Source: Eledone cirrhosa
Taxonomy: Eukaryota
NCBI GenBank assembly: GCA_964016885.1
Contig: OZ024742.1
Location: forward strand, 267,530,001-267,594,000
Reading direction: 5' to 3'
Length of the DNA: 64,000 nt
How positions within the stretch are numbered: the first letter of the stretch is position 1; each line of letters opens with the position of its first letter. The position numbers and the translations under genes were made by a program. The notes beneath the pieces were generated by a model. That model ran no database searches. It had not been told where the DNA came from and worked only from the letters and a program-made list of their open reading frames with translations. Shown here piece by piece: positions 43,659 through 59,539 of this stretch.

Positions 43659-44095
43659 TAAATATACACGGGTGTGTATGATTGTGTATAGAAGATTATA
43701 TTAATAAAAGGAATTCCAACTTTGTCTGATTTACTCGTTTTATTTACAATCCTTTAAAATTTATAATGGTATTAGAATGAAATAGTATGGTAGAATATTA
43801 AATGTTAAGTGTTAATTAAACAAGTACTTTCATGTTTTCGCAATCTTCAGGTTCATATTGTGTGGTGACAGGCAAATTTGCAATTTTCAACTTATATGCA
43901 TATATAGTTTTCAATTTATATGTATATATATATATACATATATATGTGTGTTTGCGAGTGAGTCTGTTTTTGTGCCTGTATATATGGACACGTGTGTGTA
44001 TGTGCGTGTGCGTGTCTATGTGTATGTCTGTACGTGTTTGTGTATAGGAGTAGATATATACGTATGCATGTGTGTGCGCCTGTGTGCGTGTGCGA

Positions 44096-44134
<39 letters not shown>

Positions 44135-44519
44135 TTGATGTACGTGGGCATGTAGTCAGGCGTCTGTAGACGCGTATGTCTATAGTTTTATGGGTTCTCT
44201 TTGGGTGCGTATGTATAGCGGGAGTATATGCGTGCGGATGTTGTTATTTTATGATTGTGTGCGTGTGTGTGTGTGTGAGTGTGTGTGTATACATATATAT
44301 GTGTGTGTGAGTGCGCGCGCGCGCGTGCGAACTACCAAACCCAGCAGGGATTCATTTAAGTGTGGCAGGAAGAAGGACAGCTGATGGTCAGTTTGACAGT
44401 GCCTGTTGGTCAAAATTTATGATGACGTAGAAAAACAGCAGCCAATAGCAGGACGAGCGAAGAGCATGTTTTTTTACGCTAACACCCCAGTAAGAAAATT
44501 TGATCCGAAATTATTAGAA

Positions 44520-44607
44520 GTGTCCGACGAACCTGCAGATCCAGAATCAGACAGATCCATACAATGATTGTGTCTCGAGCTGTCTGCCGGCGAAACAATT
44601 GTAACAC
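44520..44607 (+). ncRNA. Hammerhead-like motif with 61-nt stem II (core CCGACGA)
   Basis: GTGT-CCGACGA-aCCtGCAGA...TCTGCcGGc-GAAAC-AATT-GTA-ACAC followed by AATAAA. Confidence 0.65.
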
Positions 44608-44919
44608 AATAAAGTGAGTTCAGATGCATCACTGATTTTTCGTTTTATATTATATATATATATATGTTTGTATGTATGTGTGTGTCTATCTATTTATCTA
44701 CCTATTCATCCATCCATCCATCTATCTATCTATCTATCTATCTACATATTTGGTCTATTTGTGTTCATGAATCCGATATTGTTTCTGGGTTGTACGAATT
44801 GATCAACTAACACCGTACTCAGGATTTAGCACCCACAGGTTATATACTTTCCAGATTATGATATAACCGCAAAGGATCATGTAGGACGGAGATTTGGGAT
44901 AATAATGATTATTTTAATG

Positions 44920-46050
<1,131 letters not shown>

Positions 46051-46059
46051 AAAGCGGGG

Positions 46060-46093
<34 letters not shown>

Positions 46094-47164
46094 AGATCAA
46101 AAGATGGTTAAAAGAGTTCCGTGTATTTTATTATGCGCATTTCAAAAACAAATATCATCATGCGATGACATTTGCGTTTTCGTCAGATAAAATAGGGAGA
46201 CATGATATGAAGGTTAAAAAACACTTGTGAATAGTGCAGTTTTAAATCAACATATGAAAAGTAGTTTTAGATTGATGTGTGATATTGGGAAAAACATTGA
46301 GGGGGGGGGGGGGGGTGAAAAAGAGGAGGAGATGAGAGTAAAAAGTGGAAGGGGCGGAGTATAATAAGGAAGGATGAGATAGGAGGAGAGATGGGTGATA
46401 GAGAGAGAGAGATAGCTTTTATAACTGAGAAAAATATATTCTTTTACATAGAGAGGTTAAAAAACCGTTGGAAGATAAAAATAAATTAAAAGAATTTGAA
46501 AATTAACGAAGAGAAAAATGTTAGAATAATGTTAAATTAAGGTTGTATATTAAAGTGTTTAATAATATGTGCGATGAAAAGAAATTGTTAATATGTATTA
46601 AGAATAGTATTTAAGGGTTTAATAATATGTGCGATGGAAAGAAATTGTTGATATGTATTATTAAAAAATATAAAATTATAACAATAGTAATGTAATTAAG
46701 GATATATTGTGAAAAGAAGTAGAAGAGTGGATGAATAAGTGTAATATGTATAAGTTAGATGAGCATGAAAGGGAGAAAAAAATAATGAATTGAGGATGAA
46801 AAATCTAACGTCAAAAAAATGTTTATGTTTACGAAGGATTTTTCAAGGTGATATAAAGTATTTAAAAGGGTAAGGATTTATTGTAGTGAGTAATAATGAG
46901 AATTGAGAAGTATCTAGGAAGAAAAGATACAGATTAGAGGTTAGAAATTAAAATAAAAATAAAAAAAAGAAAAGAAAAAAGGAAAAAAAGAAAGAAAGGG
47001 AAGTGATAAATAGGAGTGATATAGAATGAGTAACTAGTATTATATAATGTATAAAAAATAACATTGAAATAAGGTAGAAAGATGGGTATATTTTTAAAGA
47101 AATATATATGTATATATATATGTGCCTTTGAGAAAAGGATTTTAAATTGGTAAAGTATTAGATA

Positions 47165-47700
47165 TTAGCTGTATACTTTATCGAATGTTCTGTGGAATGT
47201 ATGCAAGCAGAGAGAAAACAAGTCAGTGCGTCTATTTATTATAGAATCTAAATTAGATATAATGGTAAATTTCTCACATAAACAGAGATTACATATCTTG
47301 GATAGAGAACCATTCAAGTATGAAGAAGCAGAACAAACCTTCTTCCAAGAGATGTTATAGTTAATATTTTTGTTTTTCAAGGACCATATGAGTTCTGAGA
47401 GTGCCGTGTTGGTTCTTTTAAGTTGGTATTTAAAAGACGAATGATGATTATAAAGACGAGCTTTAAAGGAGGTGGAAGTGGAGCCAAAATAGGTAAAGGA
47501 ATTGGTGTCAGTTATAACTTTACATTCGTAGATTAAGTTTTTTTCAAGACAATGGTTGTTGAGAGGACATTTATTTTTAACAGGGCAATTACAATTGCGA
47601 TTAGAGAAATTAACAGAGTTATTAACAAATGACCTAGTGTTATCTATAGAAGGAATTGGATTGGAGAAGTTATTTACGATAGGAATAATAGTTTCTTGAT
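47165..47700 (-). pseudogene. Naiad-type GIY-YIG fragment (PLE copy 4)
   Basis: Reverse complement CNCPVKNKCPLNNHCL..LIYECKV..YFGSTSTSFKARLYNH..CNLCLCEK. Confidence 0.85.
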
Positions 47701-47799
47701 TTACAAACTGTAGAGTGCTACTTATCCGATATCTGCATTACTTTATTGTACTACAATAAAACTCACCTCCTACACATACATATATATATATATATATAT

Positions 47800-47966
47800 C
47801 CAGGGTTCAATCGGGAGTAACCACAGTAAGTAAGGTACTCAATACATAGCAGAGTATTAATATTTAATAGAGAAATGTCTTCTACATGACTGGAACTGTT
47901 TCATTCGGAAAAAATCATCAGGAAGCCCTGATGATTTATCCAGAAGGAAACAGTTCTAGTCCTGTA
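47800..47966. mobile_element. pLTR fragment with two back-to-back HHRs (47879-47925 minus; 47926-47966 plus)
   Basis: TCATCAGG-AAGC-CCTGATGA centre of an imperfect palindrome. Confidence 0.7.
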
Positions 47967-48070
47967 TATATATATATATTTGTATAAAAGTAAAATAAGA
48001 AAGACAGTAGAAGATACTAATGGTATATGATTATAAAATAACCGCAAAACATTTATTTCAAAAAAGCAAA

Positions 48071-48625
48071 TTATCGTACTGGTTTCAGCCAACAGTTGTT
48101 TGGGCTTCTTCATGCTACAGGAAATATGATTAAAAGTGTATAATGAAGGTGCATATTAATAAGAAGAGGGTATTGGAGAACATAGTTTACATACATATAA
48201 GAGAGTTCACATTTTCGTTTATCTGGTTTGTAAGACGAAACTGAAGCAAGCACCAAACATTAACACTAATGCACAAATTAAGAACGACAGTAATTCTTAT
48301 AGAAATACTAAGAAAGATAGATATATTTAGAAACAATCACTACTTCAGGTCAATTTTTAAGTCACTCTATCAATAAAGTCAGTCCCACGGAGTCTCCTGT
48401 TTATATATTGTCAAAGCTCTTTCGTCACACATTTGGTGAGACAAAATAAACCCCAGACTGAGGAGGTCACAGAATATGTGAGCAAAGAGCTATGACAATA
48501 TGTAAACAAGCATACGGTTACGAATCAACCTAACGACGGGAAATTTATAATAGATTGAACTATATACCAATAGGTGCGTGTTTTTATTGGTAGTATGGTC
48601 CTCCCAAAGTATCACAATATCTGTT
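48071..48625. other. Cluster of degenerate HHR/pLTR pieces (48077-48113 minus; 48458-48496 plus, with inverted arm 48398-48434)
   Basis: ATGAAGA-AGCC..GGCT-GAAACCAGTA; CTGAGGA-G-GTCACA..TGTGA..AAAGAGCTA. Confidence 0.5.
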
Positions 48626-48843
48626 TCAAAAGAAGTTTTCAAATAAGAAGTCTTGCAAAACATATTCAAAAACGAAGTAGATATATTTGTTATTTAACCT
48701 GATTGTATTTTCTTGGTTTTGGCGAATTATGTGGCTATGTACCCTATTCGCAGTTTTCAATTTGTCACGTTATTTAACGTAAGTTAATTACTTTAATGTG
48801 TAGCCTATCGATTTATCGACACTTTCTTATTGAATGCTTCCAC

Positions 48844-48927
<84 letters not shown>

Positions 48928-49128
48928 TTAGTTATACTATTTATGGTTATGTAAACACAAAACCTTAAGCAGTTGTAAGTATTTTACACACACCCTAAAT
49001 AGTGGTAGGCAGTAATGTATTACTACCTTATTACCAGTAAGTTAAGTAGCTCAATGTAAAAACATCAGATGATTTACAGAGCAGTTATATGAAATATATG
49101 AATCAAAGAACTGTTCAAAACATTATTG

Positions 49129-49175
49129 TGCTTACAGCTGTTTCCTCCAAACCGAGGTTTGGATTCTTCGGAGCA
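49129..49175 (-). ncRNA. Hammerhead motif in the pLTR of PLE copy 5 (core CCGAAGA)
   Basis: Reverse complement TGCT-CCGAAGA-aTCCAAACC-TC-GGTTTGGAg-GAAAC-AGCT-GTA-AGCA. Confidence 0.72.
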
Positions 49176-50620
49176 ATTTATTAATGCATGGACAGTTATA
49201 TGACCTCCTCTTCAGCCGAGAGACATACCAATACATATTCAAACATTGATACATATTCAAACATTGTGGGTCAACATTCATTACAGAATTTAGAGTGGCA
49301 GTACACACTTCGAGATTACATTTATATTAATAGGTACAATCAAAAAAATCAAAGATATAGGTTAAAGTACAACATGAAGATAAGTGGTTATATAGTGCAA
49401 ATGTTATATGTGTGGCACGCATGTGCGTCTTGTTTATATAGTGTGGCAGAGAGATATGTGTGGTAGAGGCACTTAGGTAGGTAAATAAGAGTGTTAGGTT
49501 GGTAGATCTGGTGGCAAAGTCTTTATATGATTGATATAGTCTGTGTGTGGAGAAATATTATAAGCATTAAAGATAGTGCAAGCATTAAAAGTGTTATAAG
49601 TATTGGAGATGCACAGCGCAGGGATGTCAAGTAATTCATGTACTTCGGTATTTTCATGGTCAAGGGAGTGTATATTTCGATTATATGCCTTTCACATAAT
49701 CCACGACAATCCAGTTAGAGATCGTAGTCTGGTGCTCTTTAGTTCGATACAGGTGGTTGTTACGTTTCGAGAGACGCCATTGAATACCGGAAGTGTGTGT
49801 GTGGCTAAGGGGAGTTAATGCATGCGGGGAGGTAACTCTGGGGTTTCTATATCTAGCCATTAAAATGTGTCTCAATATAGACCCTAAATTCTATGGTGAG
49901 GTGCACCTTCCAAGAGAGACTTTTAAAGCATAAAGTGTACTAACTATAGAGTAGTTTAACTAAATTATGCTGAAGGTGATCATACTATTATTAGGGTGGA
50001 TTAACCCATCTTAAGGTGCTACAAATGGAAATTATAGATGATGAGCGAGGATTCTAAATTAATGATCTCTATGGTTGTAGTCTGCTCATATGACCAGGCG
50101 CGGTGATTGCAGGATTGCTTCAGGACCCAATGATCTCTGGTAAGATCCGGGTCATCGCTTGCTACATTGGATGTCGAAAGATAATCATCCCCAAGCAGGC
50201 CAAAGGTCAAGTCGCAGTCCTCGCGACCCCTCTCTGACCGTCAGATCATCCATATACGTACAACCCGCACGGCAGTTGCATTGCATTCACTCACTGCGCT
50301 CAGCGGCCTGGTCCTACTGGTCAACAGCGTTACTCGATTAAATCATTTTACATCTGTCTAAGGAAGGTGTTTCCTCTGCCCAACACCATCCAACCGATCA
50401 ATTGATGCTCAAATTACCCTTAGAGCGGCGTAGTGCCGTCCAGGTGGGTGGATGTTGTCACACCTGCCGTAGAGGTATAAATGGGTATTTTCCCTGCGAA
50501 GGGTTCCAGAGGGATGTCGTTGTTTGTGTTATAATGGATCAGCTAGTGTTGGGTATGTAGTATAGGGTGTGTCTCTGGTGTTTGATGCTAGATGTGGTGT
50601 TAGGTTCCAGTCCGACATTG

Positions 50621-52520
50621 CTATATATGGGGCTTAAAGTTTTGGAAGGAATGTCTGAGGCGGTGCTGGCAAGTTGCAAACACCTCAGATTTTTTGTTAA
50701 GTAGGTTACGGTTGGAGAAGATAATATTGTGTGTCTCTAGTATACAGAGGTTACAGAATTTATTAGGTGGTTTGTACGAGGTCGCGCTGCCTATCACTTC
50801 CCATTTGAGTGTGTATGGTTTATTTTTAGATTTTAGATAGTGAATGTAGCTAGAAAGTGAGGTGGAGTTGGCTAGGCTGTGCTTTTTGAACGAGTGGATG
50901 TGCGAGTTATATCTAATTTTGAAGCAGTTAGAAGTGGAGCCTACATAGGTTTCTGAAGAGTTATTAGTCGTGACTGTGCATGAGTATATGACATCCTTGG
51001 TTAGGCATTTTTTATCTAAAGGGCAGGTTCTATTAGCTCTACAGTTACAATTATTCTGTGCGTTAGTCCGCTGGTTATAATGCAATGCGGAAGTCTGTGT
51101 GGTGGGTATAGGATTTTGGGTGTTCAGGTTGACAACCCTGGTGTTATTACTTATACTAGTGTTATTTCCATTGTTACTGCCGTTGCTATTGTTGCTTGCT
51201 ACAGTGGTATTTAGAGGGTTTGCATCCCGTTGCGATTTTGTTTGTTGGAAGTAAGAACTAATTTTACTATTATTGCTGCTAGCTATGTGGTATGCTAAGT
51301 TAGGCGTCGTGGAGTATGAGATTTTAATGGTGTTTTTGTTTAAGAGGTTGTGGTACTTGTGTCCTAGAGGGAAGTTTTTATCTAGTAGTGAGAAGAAAGC
51401 CCTAGGTATGTTGGTGGAGACATTTAGGTTGAAAGGAGGGTTGAAAAATGTATTATTTCTTCTTCTATTTTTGCTTTTAGTGTTTGGTGTGTTGCTTCCT
51501 CCTAAGGCCTCACAGTAGTTTCCATGGTAATGGTTACTTCCGGTGGCACCCTCCGCTTTGGTGTACTTGTGGTTGCTATTCCTATTATTAGATTTCCTCA
51601 TGGACATATTGTGCGAGATGATGTTGTAGCTATGTGTTTTCTTAGGTAGGAACTCAATTTCTATATTATGGCCGGAGCTAGCTAATGCTTGATTGTAATA
51701 TTGTGAGTTTTTGCTAAATATGTTTGCGTCATAGGACAGACTAGAGATTCTATTGGACACCCCCTTAGAGATAGAGTTTAATATTGATCTAGGGTGATTA
51801 GACTTGGTATCTACGTAAATAAGTTTCTCATTAGGCTTATGGAAGGGTGTATATATTTTTGAGTCTAGGTATAGTGTGGCGTCTAGGAAGTTAACATTTT
51901 TAGTGTTTTTGTCCATGGTGATACTAAGGTTAAAGTTTTTGAATGTCTTATGCAGTTGTTTTCTAGTTCTTTCTATATTAAATTTCTTATATTCTATGAG
52001 TAGAAGTGCATCATCGCGGTACAAACCACCGTTGAGGTAAGGGAGGTCTTTATGGATTTCATTGAGGAGGTATAGGCCGACCAAATCAGTGACCTGCGCC
52101 GAGTCACTAGATCCCATGGTTATGTCGAAGTTGTTGTGCGTATCCTTGCGTGTCCATAGTTGGTCCTCGAAGGTGATTATGGTTTTACGGGCCGCAAGGA
52201 TGACATCAACCTGGGCTCTAGTCAGGTCGCTATTGGTCATGGCCATGATAAGTGCCTTATTTAATAGGATAGGGGAAATAGAGGTGCAGTATGAATTGAT
52301 ATCAAATTGAATAAATTTTTTGTTCTTATTATTCTTGATATCCTTAAACCATTCAATTACTTCACCCGTATTTCCCCATTGTTTAAGGTGTATCTTGTGT
52401 TTAATTTGTGGGATGATTTTATCCAAAATCTTCTTGCTGATAATACCAATGTCGGACTTGGAAGGGCAGATAAGTCTTATCGTGGGGTTGCTGATGAAGT
52501 TCTCCTTATGGTCCTTCAGA
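50621..52520 (-). CDS. Naiad-type PLE copy 5 RT plus GIY-YIG ORF, uninterrupted but 5'-truncated
   Basis: LKDHKENF..RLICPSKSDIG, FIQFDI, MGSSDS, LYRDD, FFNPPF, CNCRANRTCPL, YVGST, CNLC, CQHR; upstream 52521-52681 is microsatellite/flank read-through. Confidence 0.92.
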
Positions 52521-53283
52521 GAGAATATATATATATATTTATAAAACGGAAGATGTCTGTCTGTGTGTGTGTGTATGATTTTTATGCATTTCCACATTTC
52601 TTTACCGATTTTGATGATTTTTTTCCAATGTGCTCCAAATTTACTATCGATGGTCAACACCTCATAAACTTTGCCAAACATTTCCTGCTTTTATGAAAAA
52701 ATCGATAAAACTAAATACATGCTGTAACCCTCTCTCTTAGACGCTTATTCACTCTCTCTACTACCCAACAGCAACAACACTTCGTTCAGAAACGCAACAT
52801 AAACTTTGAAAACTAAGCAACACATCATTTTATACAACAACAAACATAGTCATAACGCTCTCTCCGTCGCTCTTCCCTCTCTCTATAATAGATTATTTCC
52901 CCTCTCTATAATTTAACTGCTTCACTCTCTCTGTCGCTCTTCACTCTCTATATGAGAACACTGTTTTACACACCTCCCTATAGTTTCTTAGCTTTACTCT
53001 TTCCGTCATTCTTCCATCTCTCTAAAATAGATTATTCCCCCTCTCTATAATTTAACTGCTGGAGGAGTCATTTGAGTTCCGTATTAACATACGGCTTTTC
53101 TGGGGTATTTTAAATCGATTTATTGCAAATAACAACCTGCAAAATAACACTTCATATAACAGATTAATGCTATAGACATATGGATCGGAATGTTTAAATT
53201 ATTTATTTTTTACGACTTTCATTGGTTAAATATTAATATGAAAACACCCATAGTGTTGTACTTCTGGAAATTCTGCCGAATAC

Positions 53284-53854
53284 ACTGCCAAGGATGAACA
53301 TTTTTCCCTCGGCGTCAGATATCCCGTTCAATTTCCGGCGATCCCAATTGCCCTGTCCACTAAAAAGTCACAAGGGCAACCATTGTCGGTGGCTGGCATC
53401 CATTTGGCGGAGCCATGCTTCTCCCATGGCCTACTTTATGTTGCCAGTTCCCGCGTAAGGAGCAGGAATGGACTTTTTGCTTACACTCCTCAAGGGATGA
53501 CACGCAATATCGTCTATAAAGAGGTGCTATAGATATTGGTGCAGGTGTTGGAGGTGTTGGAGCTATGCTGTCTGGAAAACTATTTTCTGGTAGGGTCACC
53601 AATGGCGGACAGATCTGACACCCAGCGGCATCAGGGCCACCATCTTGCAGCTTTGGTCTGTTAAATTCACTATTGGAAGATTATTACCGATCATTGATTG
53701 TCCAAAATGCTAATTGGTTCGTAACTTTTAATAACCGGTTCAACAGCTTTATGCACTTAATTGATAAGCTTATTCGCTTTCAGGCCACGTTTACCTGTAT
53801 GTAACTTTTCATAGCAAGTGAGAAAACACGAGCAACGCCGGGCTAAACTGCTAG
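53284..53854 (+). mobile_element. Helitron 3' end with Pif1-helicase remnant
   Basis: LPRMNIFPS..PFNFRRSQLP, KSQG.., GIHLAEPCFSHGLLYVASSRV; terminal GC-rich CACGAGCAACGCCGGG then CTAG|T (53851-53855). Confidence 0.8.
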
Positions 53855-54049
53855 TATATATATAAATGAAGTATTTCCGTCGGAAAGGAACATGAAAAAA
53901 GAGTGCTCTATGTAGGCTACATAACTTATTAGTTATGTAATAAACAACATAAGATAATTATTTCATTTACCAGTGGTTTCTTGAAGGAATATAGATACAA
54001 ACAACGTAAAAATAAACAAATACACACGATATGTATATATATATATATA

Positions 54050-54648
54050 TGGTGGCTGCCAACTCGTTTTCGAGTACGGCCACTACTGTATATCCATGAA
54101 GGAGAACCCCTACCGATGCGCTGAAGAAGTGTGACTTTTTATACCAGCCAGCGACTTGAAAACTCTGGTACACTACACTTGTGACAATTATTGACACGTA
54201 GTGCTGGGCCCATGGTACCATGTGATGACAAGTGCAGAGAGATCTCCAGATATAAAGCAATTCCTGTGCCGTGAAACTTTTATAGTTAGCAAAGGCACTG
54301 CACAAGCCAGTCCAACTCTCTTAACCAAGATGATATTTACCAAAAAGAAGAACAAGTCAACATCATTGGATACCATCAGGGTTGCAGGTGTTATATCAGA
54401 GTTTTCCTTCTCCTAGAATTCTGCCTTGACAAAGGCTAAGGGTTCATCTCTCCCGGTGATTTTTGATGGCCATTGACTCTTAAGAGCTCCTTTGTCCTTT
54501 AACAGGTTTTGTTTTTAGTCCTGCAGGATGTCCAAAGTCACCCTCCTCACCAAGAACCCTTGGTGGGGTTGCCAGTTTAGTCGCCAACGACCCGACCATG
54601 GGACAGTTTGTACTGGGATACATGTTACCAGTAGCACCAACTGGTAAC
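54050..54648 (-). mobile_element. Second copy of the 600-bp SINE-like element
   Basis: Reverse-complement match to 13135-13738; both ends in (TA)n. Confidence 0.7.
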
Positions 54649-54969
54649 ATATATATATATACACTGACATACATCTATATATATACACACATATATATAC
54701 TGACATATGTATATATATATATACACACATACAAACACACACACGCACACACATATACACACACACATGCATGCATACATAAACGTGCGTGTGTGTGTGT
54801 GTTTACAAACATATAGCCAGACAAACTATAAATACACACACGCTTACAGGTTGGTGTATGAGACAGGGTACAAAGAAAATGAAAAGATATACTCACAGAT
54901 TCATACGCAAAGATAAATTAATATAAAAATAATATAAATACACATACATAGAAAAATATAGACATACAT

Positions 54970-55119
<150 letters not shown>

Positions 55120-55123
55120 CACT

Positions 55124-55201
<78 letters not shown>

Positions 55202-55204
55202 AGT

Positions 55205-56958
55205 GCTTACACAACAGTTAGTTCACTATACCGAGAACAATTGTTTCACCTTAGCGGATCCTCAGAGAGTGGCAGAGTAAGTGATAGGTTGTGAGAAGCC
55301 GCTGTTACCTAACGCCGTGTTATAGTAGGGTGCCGCCCTGTCCAATATAGCCTTATTAGAGGAGAGGTTTGAGATTTTAGTACTGATATTATTTACGAAG
55401 TTTATAAAAACAGTGGGAGGGTGGCATGTGTCCTTGTGAATGTAATTGAGATTTTCGTTTAGCTTATGGGAGGGTCAGTGGGTGTGTGTGCGAAGGTCTA
55501 ATTAATGTCTAAGAAATCTACAACTTCAGACCTATTCGACGTCTCCATGGGATCGTTTGAGAGTGCTGACGTATGTAACTTGGTTGGCCTATTTATTTTA
55601 GACATATTACACGTTAGATTCCCGGACTTCCGAACGGGAATATACCGCGACGATGGACTGACCTTATCGAGCCATAAAAGTGGTCACGACCTCGACCGGT
55701 TTAAAAAAGACTTAGCTTCTACCTTCAATGAGTTAGGACTTAGGATAACAGTAGCTACCAACCTCTCTAGCGTAGATTTCTTAGACATTAATTTAGACCT
55801 TCGCACACACACCCACAGACACTTCCATAAGCTATACGAAAAACTCAATTACATTCACAAGGACTCATGCCACCCTCCCACTGTTTTTAGAAACTTCGTA
55901 AATAATATCAGTACTAGAATCTTAAACCTCTCCTCTAAATGGCTATCTTTGACAGGGCGGCACCCTACTATAACACGGTTTTAGCTAACAGCGGCTTCTC
56001 ACAACATATCACCTACTCTCCCACTATCAACAGCAGCAATAAGAAAAGAAAGCGCAACAATAGACAAACTATCTGGTTCTCTCCTCCCTTCTCACTCAAC
56101 GTTAAAACCAATGTAGGCAAAACATTTCTAGCCCTCTTAGATAGACACTTTCCCATAGGGAACATGAAGGCCCACACCACCAGCTACCCTAGGAGCAACA
56201 CCCCACCAGGGTGCTCTTGCCGTAAGCCCGAAGCTTGCCCCCTTCAACAGCAATGCAACACACCAGCTGTAATCTATGAAGCTGTCGTCACTTCCAACCG
56301 ACCGATCCAACCACAGGAGGTCGAATCCTATGTGGGCATGGCGGAGGGCCGATTTAAGGAACGTTTCCTGAACCACCAGTCGACCTTTAGGTACCCGGAC
56401 AGACGTTCATCCACGAAACTGGCGAGCCACGTATCGTCCCTCAAGGACTCAAGTATAGACTACTCCATTCAATCGAAAGCCATCACTAAGTCCAAACCAT
56501 ACGCAAGTGGAAATGCGTCGTGTGGATTATGTATTGACGAAGGAATAAATATTCAAAATAAATTATGCAGTAGTGATTGCCTAAACATGAATTTTTCACA
56601 CGTTGTCCACACGTCTCGAAACACCTATTGCATAACTAGAAAGCTCCGGATTGAATTTATTGTAACATCATCATCATTTTCTCATCAACTAAACACTTTT
56701 CAGACTTTCGCAGTTATCTCCCTTACACCTCTCGCACGCATTTTAGTATTGCCTGTGCGAAGTGACGGGTTTCTGCACTTGCGCGTTCGTACGGTTGTAT
56801 TTCCTGTTCCGTATAACCATGCCCATTACGAGCTGAGGATCCGCAAAGGTGAAACAATTGTTCTCGGTACGGTGAACTAACTGTTGTGTAACCACTTCTA
56901 CCTAACTCGTCCCATGGACTGAGTGCTCTACCACAACGGATATTACCTTCCAGTGTTC

Positions 56959-56960
<2 letters not shown>
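55205..56960 (+). mobile_element. Naiad-type PLE copy 6 with a composite inverted 5' end
   Basis: MGSFES, GIYRDD, WFSPPF, CSCRKPEACPL, YVGM; 55205-55265 is reverse-complement pLTR/HHR and about 55305-55505 is the reverse complement of about 55785-55985. Confidence 0.88.
56829..56866 (+). ncRNA. Minimal hammerhead ribozyme in the pLTR of copy 6
   Basis: CGAG-CTGAGGA-tCCGCAAAGGt-GAAAC-AATT-GTT-CTCG. Confidence 0.75.
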
Positions 56961-57011
<51 letters not shown>

Positions 57012-57106
57012 TATATACACATATATATATATATATATACAAATATACACACACATATATATATCCACATAGAAACGATATACACACATATAATCACACA
57101 CAAACA

Positions 57107-57252
<146 letters not shown>

Positions 57253-57292
57253 AGTCAAATGAAAAAATATAGATAAAGATGAGGGAGATAAA

Positions 57293-59023
57293 ATGTATAT
57301 ATTAGTAAACATATTAGACAGAGTGATAGCACAAATGAAGTATAAACTAGTGATTAAACTATGGGGTAACGCTACCGAAACAATTAAGTGGTTTAACAAT
57401 ATAACTAACAAAGAAGTATCTAAATTTATACAATTTGACATTAACGATTATTACTCATCTATATCCCCCAACGCCTTGGATAAAGCCTTAGCATTCGCCA
57501 AAGCCAATTCTGACATAACAGACGACGAGATAAAAATCATATTGCTAGGAAAACAATAATTACATTTGAAAACGCCTATTGGGAACGTCAGGATAGATTA
57601 AATAACTTTGACATCGCGATTGGGGCTAACGACTCGGCTTAAGTCACAGATTTAGTAGGTATTTACATAGCCCATAGTTTACAGAGTGAGTTTAGCGTCC
57701 TTCACGGTGGAATCTACAGAGACGACGCCCTTCTCCTAGTTAAGAACCTAAATAACCAGAGCATAGAAAGTCTCCGTAAGAATATTAGAAAGACTCTCGG
57801 AAAACTAGGCCTTAGCATATCGTATGAGTATAGCATTAAAACAGTTAACTGTCTAGACGCGACGCTTAACCTAAATACGGGACTTATAAGACCTTTTCAC
57901 AAGTTTAATGAAAACTTAGCATACCACAACTGTAACTCAAACCACCCACTATCCATAATTAAATCCATTCCACGCAGCATATCCCTTAGGATCTCCCGCC
58001 TCTCGTCTAACCGACACATCTTCGAAGAACATGCAGAATACTACAATACCGCATTAGACAAGGCAGGCCACTTAGATAGAGAAGAATATATAGATGAAAG
58101 CCTCCGTGAAGCGCACACGAACACGCATAACACAAACTCCGGTAACACACGCACACACGCACTTACGCATAGAACTACAAAGTATACGGCAAATAGAAAT
58201 ACAGCATCGAAATCAAACAATCATGCAGTAGAAAATATATTTGGTATAACCCCATATTTAACACCTCTATTAGTACTAACCTACCCTCTACCTTCTTTAG
58301 AATAATAAATAAGCACTTTCCAGATTCACATAGATACAGCAAAATCCTTAACACTAAATCTATTAGACTATCTTACTCCACGGCACCATCTATAGAAGCA
58401 CACATTAAGATGCTTAACGCTAAAAAGATACATAGCAACACCAAAACACAAATTTACAAAAATAACAATAGAATCACCACCGAACACAACAGAATATCTA
58501 ATGCACAACCACCCGCTAATAGGCAAACAAAACGTAACACACTTGTACAGGCATCGCAGCCCACCAATAATGCCAAAGTTGCCCATGACAAGAATTGTAA
58601 CTACCACCTACCTGAAACCTGTCCATTACATAATGAATGTATGCAGTCTAACCTGGTTTACCAATGCACAGTGGAATCAGACAACCAGAAATGGTATTAC
58701 ATCGGAGCGACTGGGAATACATTTAAAGCCCGTTGGTATACACACCGTTACGCAATGAAACATTCCCAGCATCGTTATGTAACTACCCTTGCAAACAAGA
58801 CCTGGCAACTGAGGGAAAGTAACCATCAATACACCCTGAAGTGGAAAAATTATCGAACGCACCCCCATATCGGAGTGGTATGAGAAGCTGTCGATTATGC
58901 GACCTTGAGCTGTTCTACATTTTGAGTTCGAAGAATAAGTTACTCAACAATAAAATCGAAAGATCAATTTATTGTAACCATAGACTCAAAGAGAAGTTTT
59001 CGCACTACAAATCGAACCCTTAA
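57293..59023 (+). pseudogene. Naiad-type PLE copy 7 RT plus GIY-YIG, frameshifted; related to copy 1
   Basis: KFIQFDINDYY, GIYRDD, WYNP, CPLHNECM, YIGAT, CRLCDLE, CNHR. Confidence 0.88.
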
Positions 59024-59253
59024 CCTCTTACCACCAACTGACAAACTGCATATACTTAGACATTATACCCTCGTGTTGTATCTAAACCCTTTTAATTACC
59101 AACAAAACCAATACATATATCCCCCTCTTCTCCCTCATTCCTCTACTATTTCTCCGTTTTCTTCCTTCCTTCCCTCCCCTTCTTGGCTATCTTTTCTTTT
59201 CTTCTTTCTCACCCCTTCTTTGCTTTTATTTTTGTCATTATTATCTTTATTTT

Positions 59254-59306
<53 letters not shown>

Positions 59307-59459
59307 TAAACGGAATAGAAAATGCTGACAAATTGTTCACAGTTGAAAAATGGTTTAATTAGGAATAAAAGAGTATTAGTGATTGTATGGGTTAGTATTC
59401 AGTTGTGGTTTTAAGTTTTTAAGTTTTTACCGGTTGCGCATTTCTAAATGCTTTTCAAA

Positions 59460-59537
59460 AATAATTTTGAGATAGAGTGTCCGTGCTGTTTGCTCAGATC
59501 AGAGCAAACAGCACGGACACTCTATCTCAAAATTATT
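59460..59537. repeat. Perfect palindrome with 36-bp arms and 6-nt loop
   Basis: Arms 59460-59495 and 59502-59537. Confidence 0.9.
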
Positions 59538-59539
59538 AT

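Noticed and set aside
52521-52681. N-terminal extension of the 686-aa PLE ORF
   Set aside because: Reads through CA/TA microsatellite and flank; PLE homology starts at LKDHKENF
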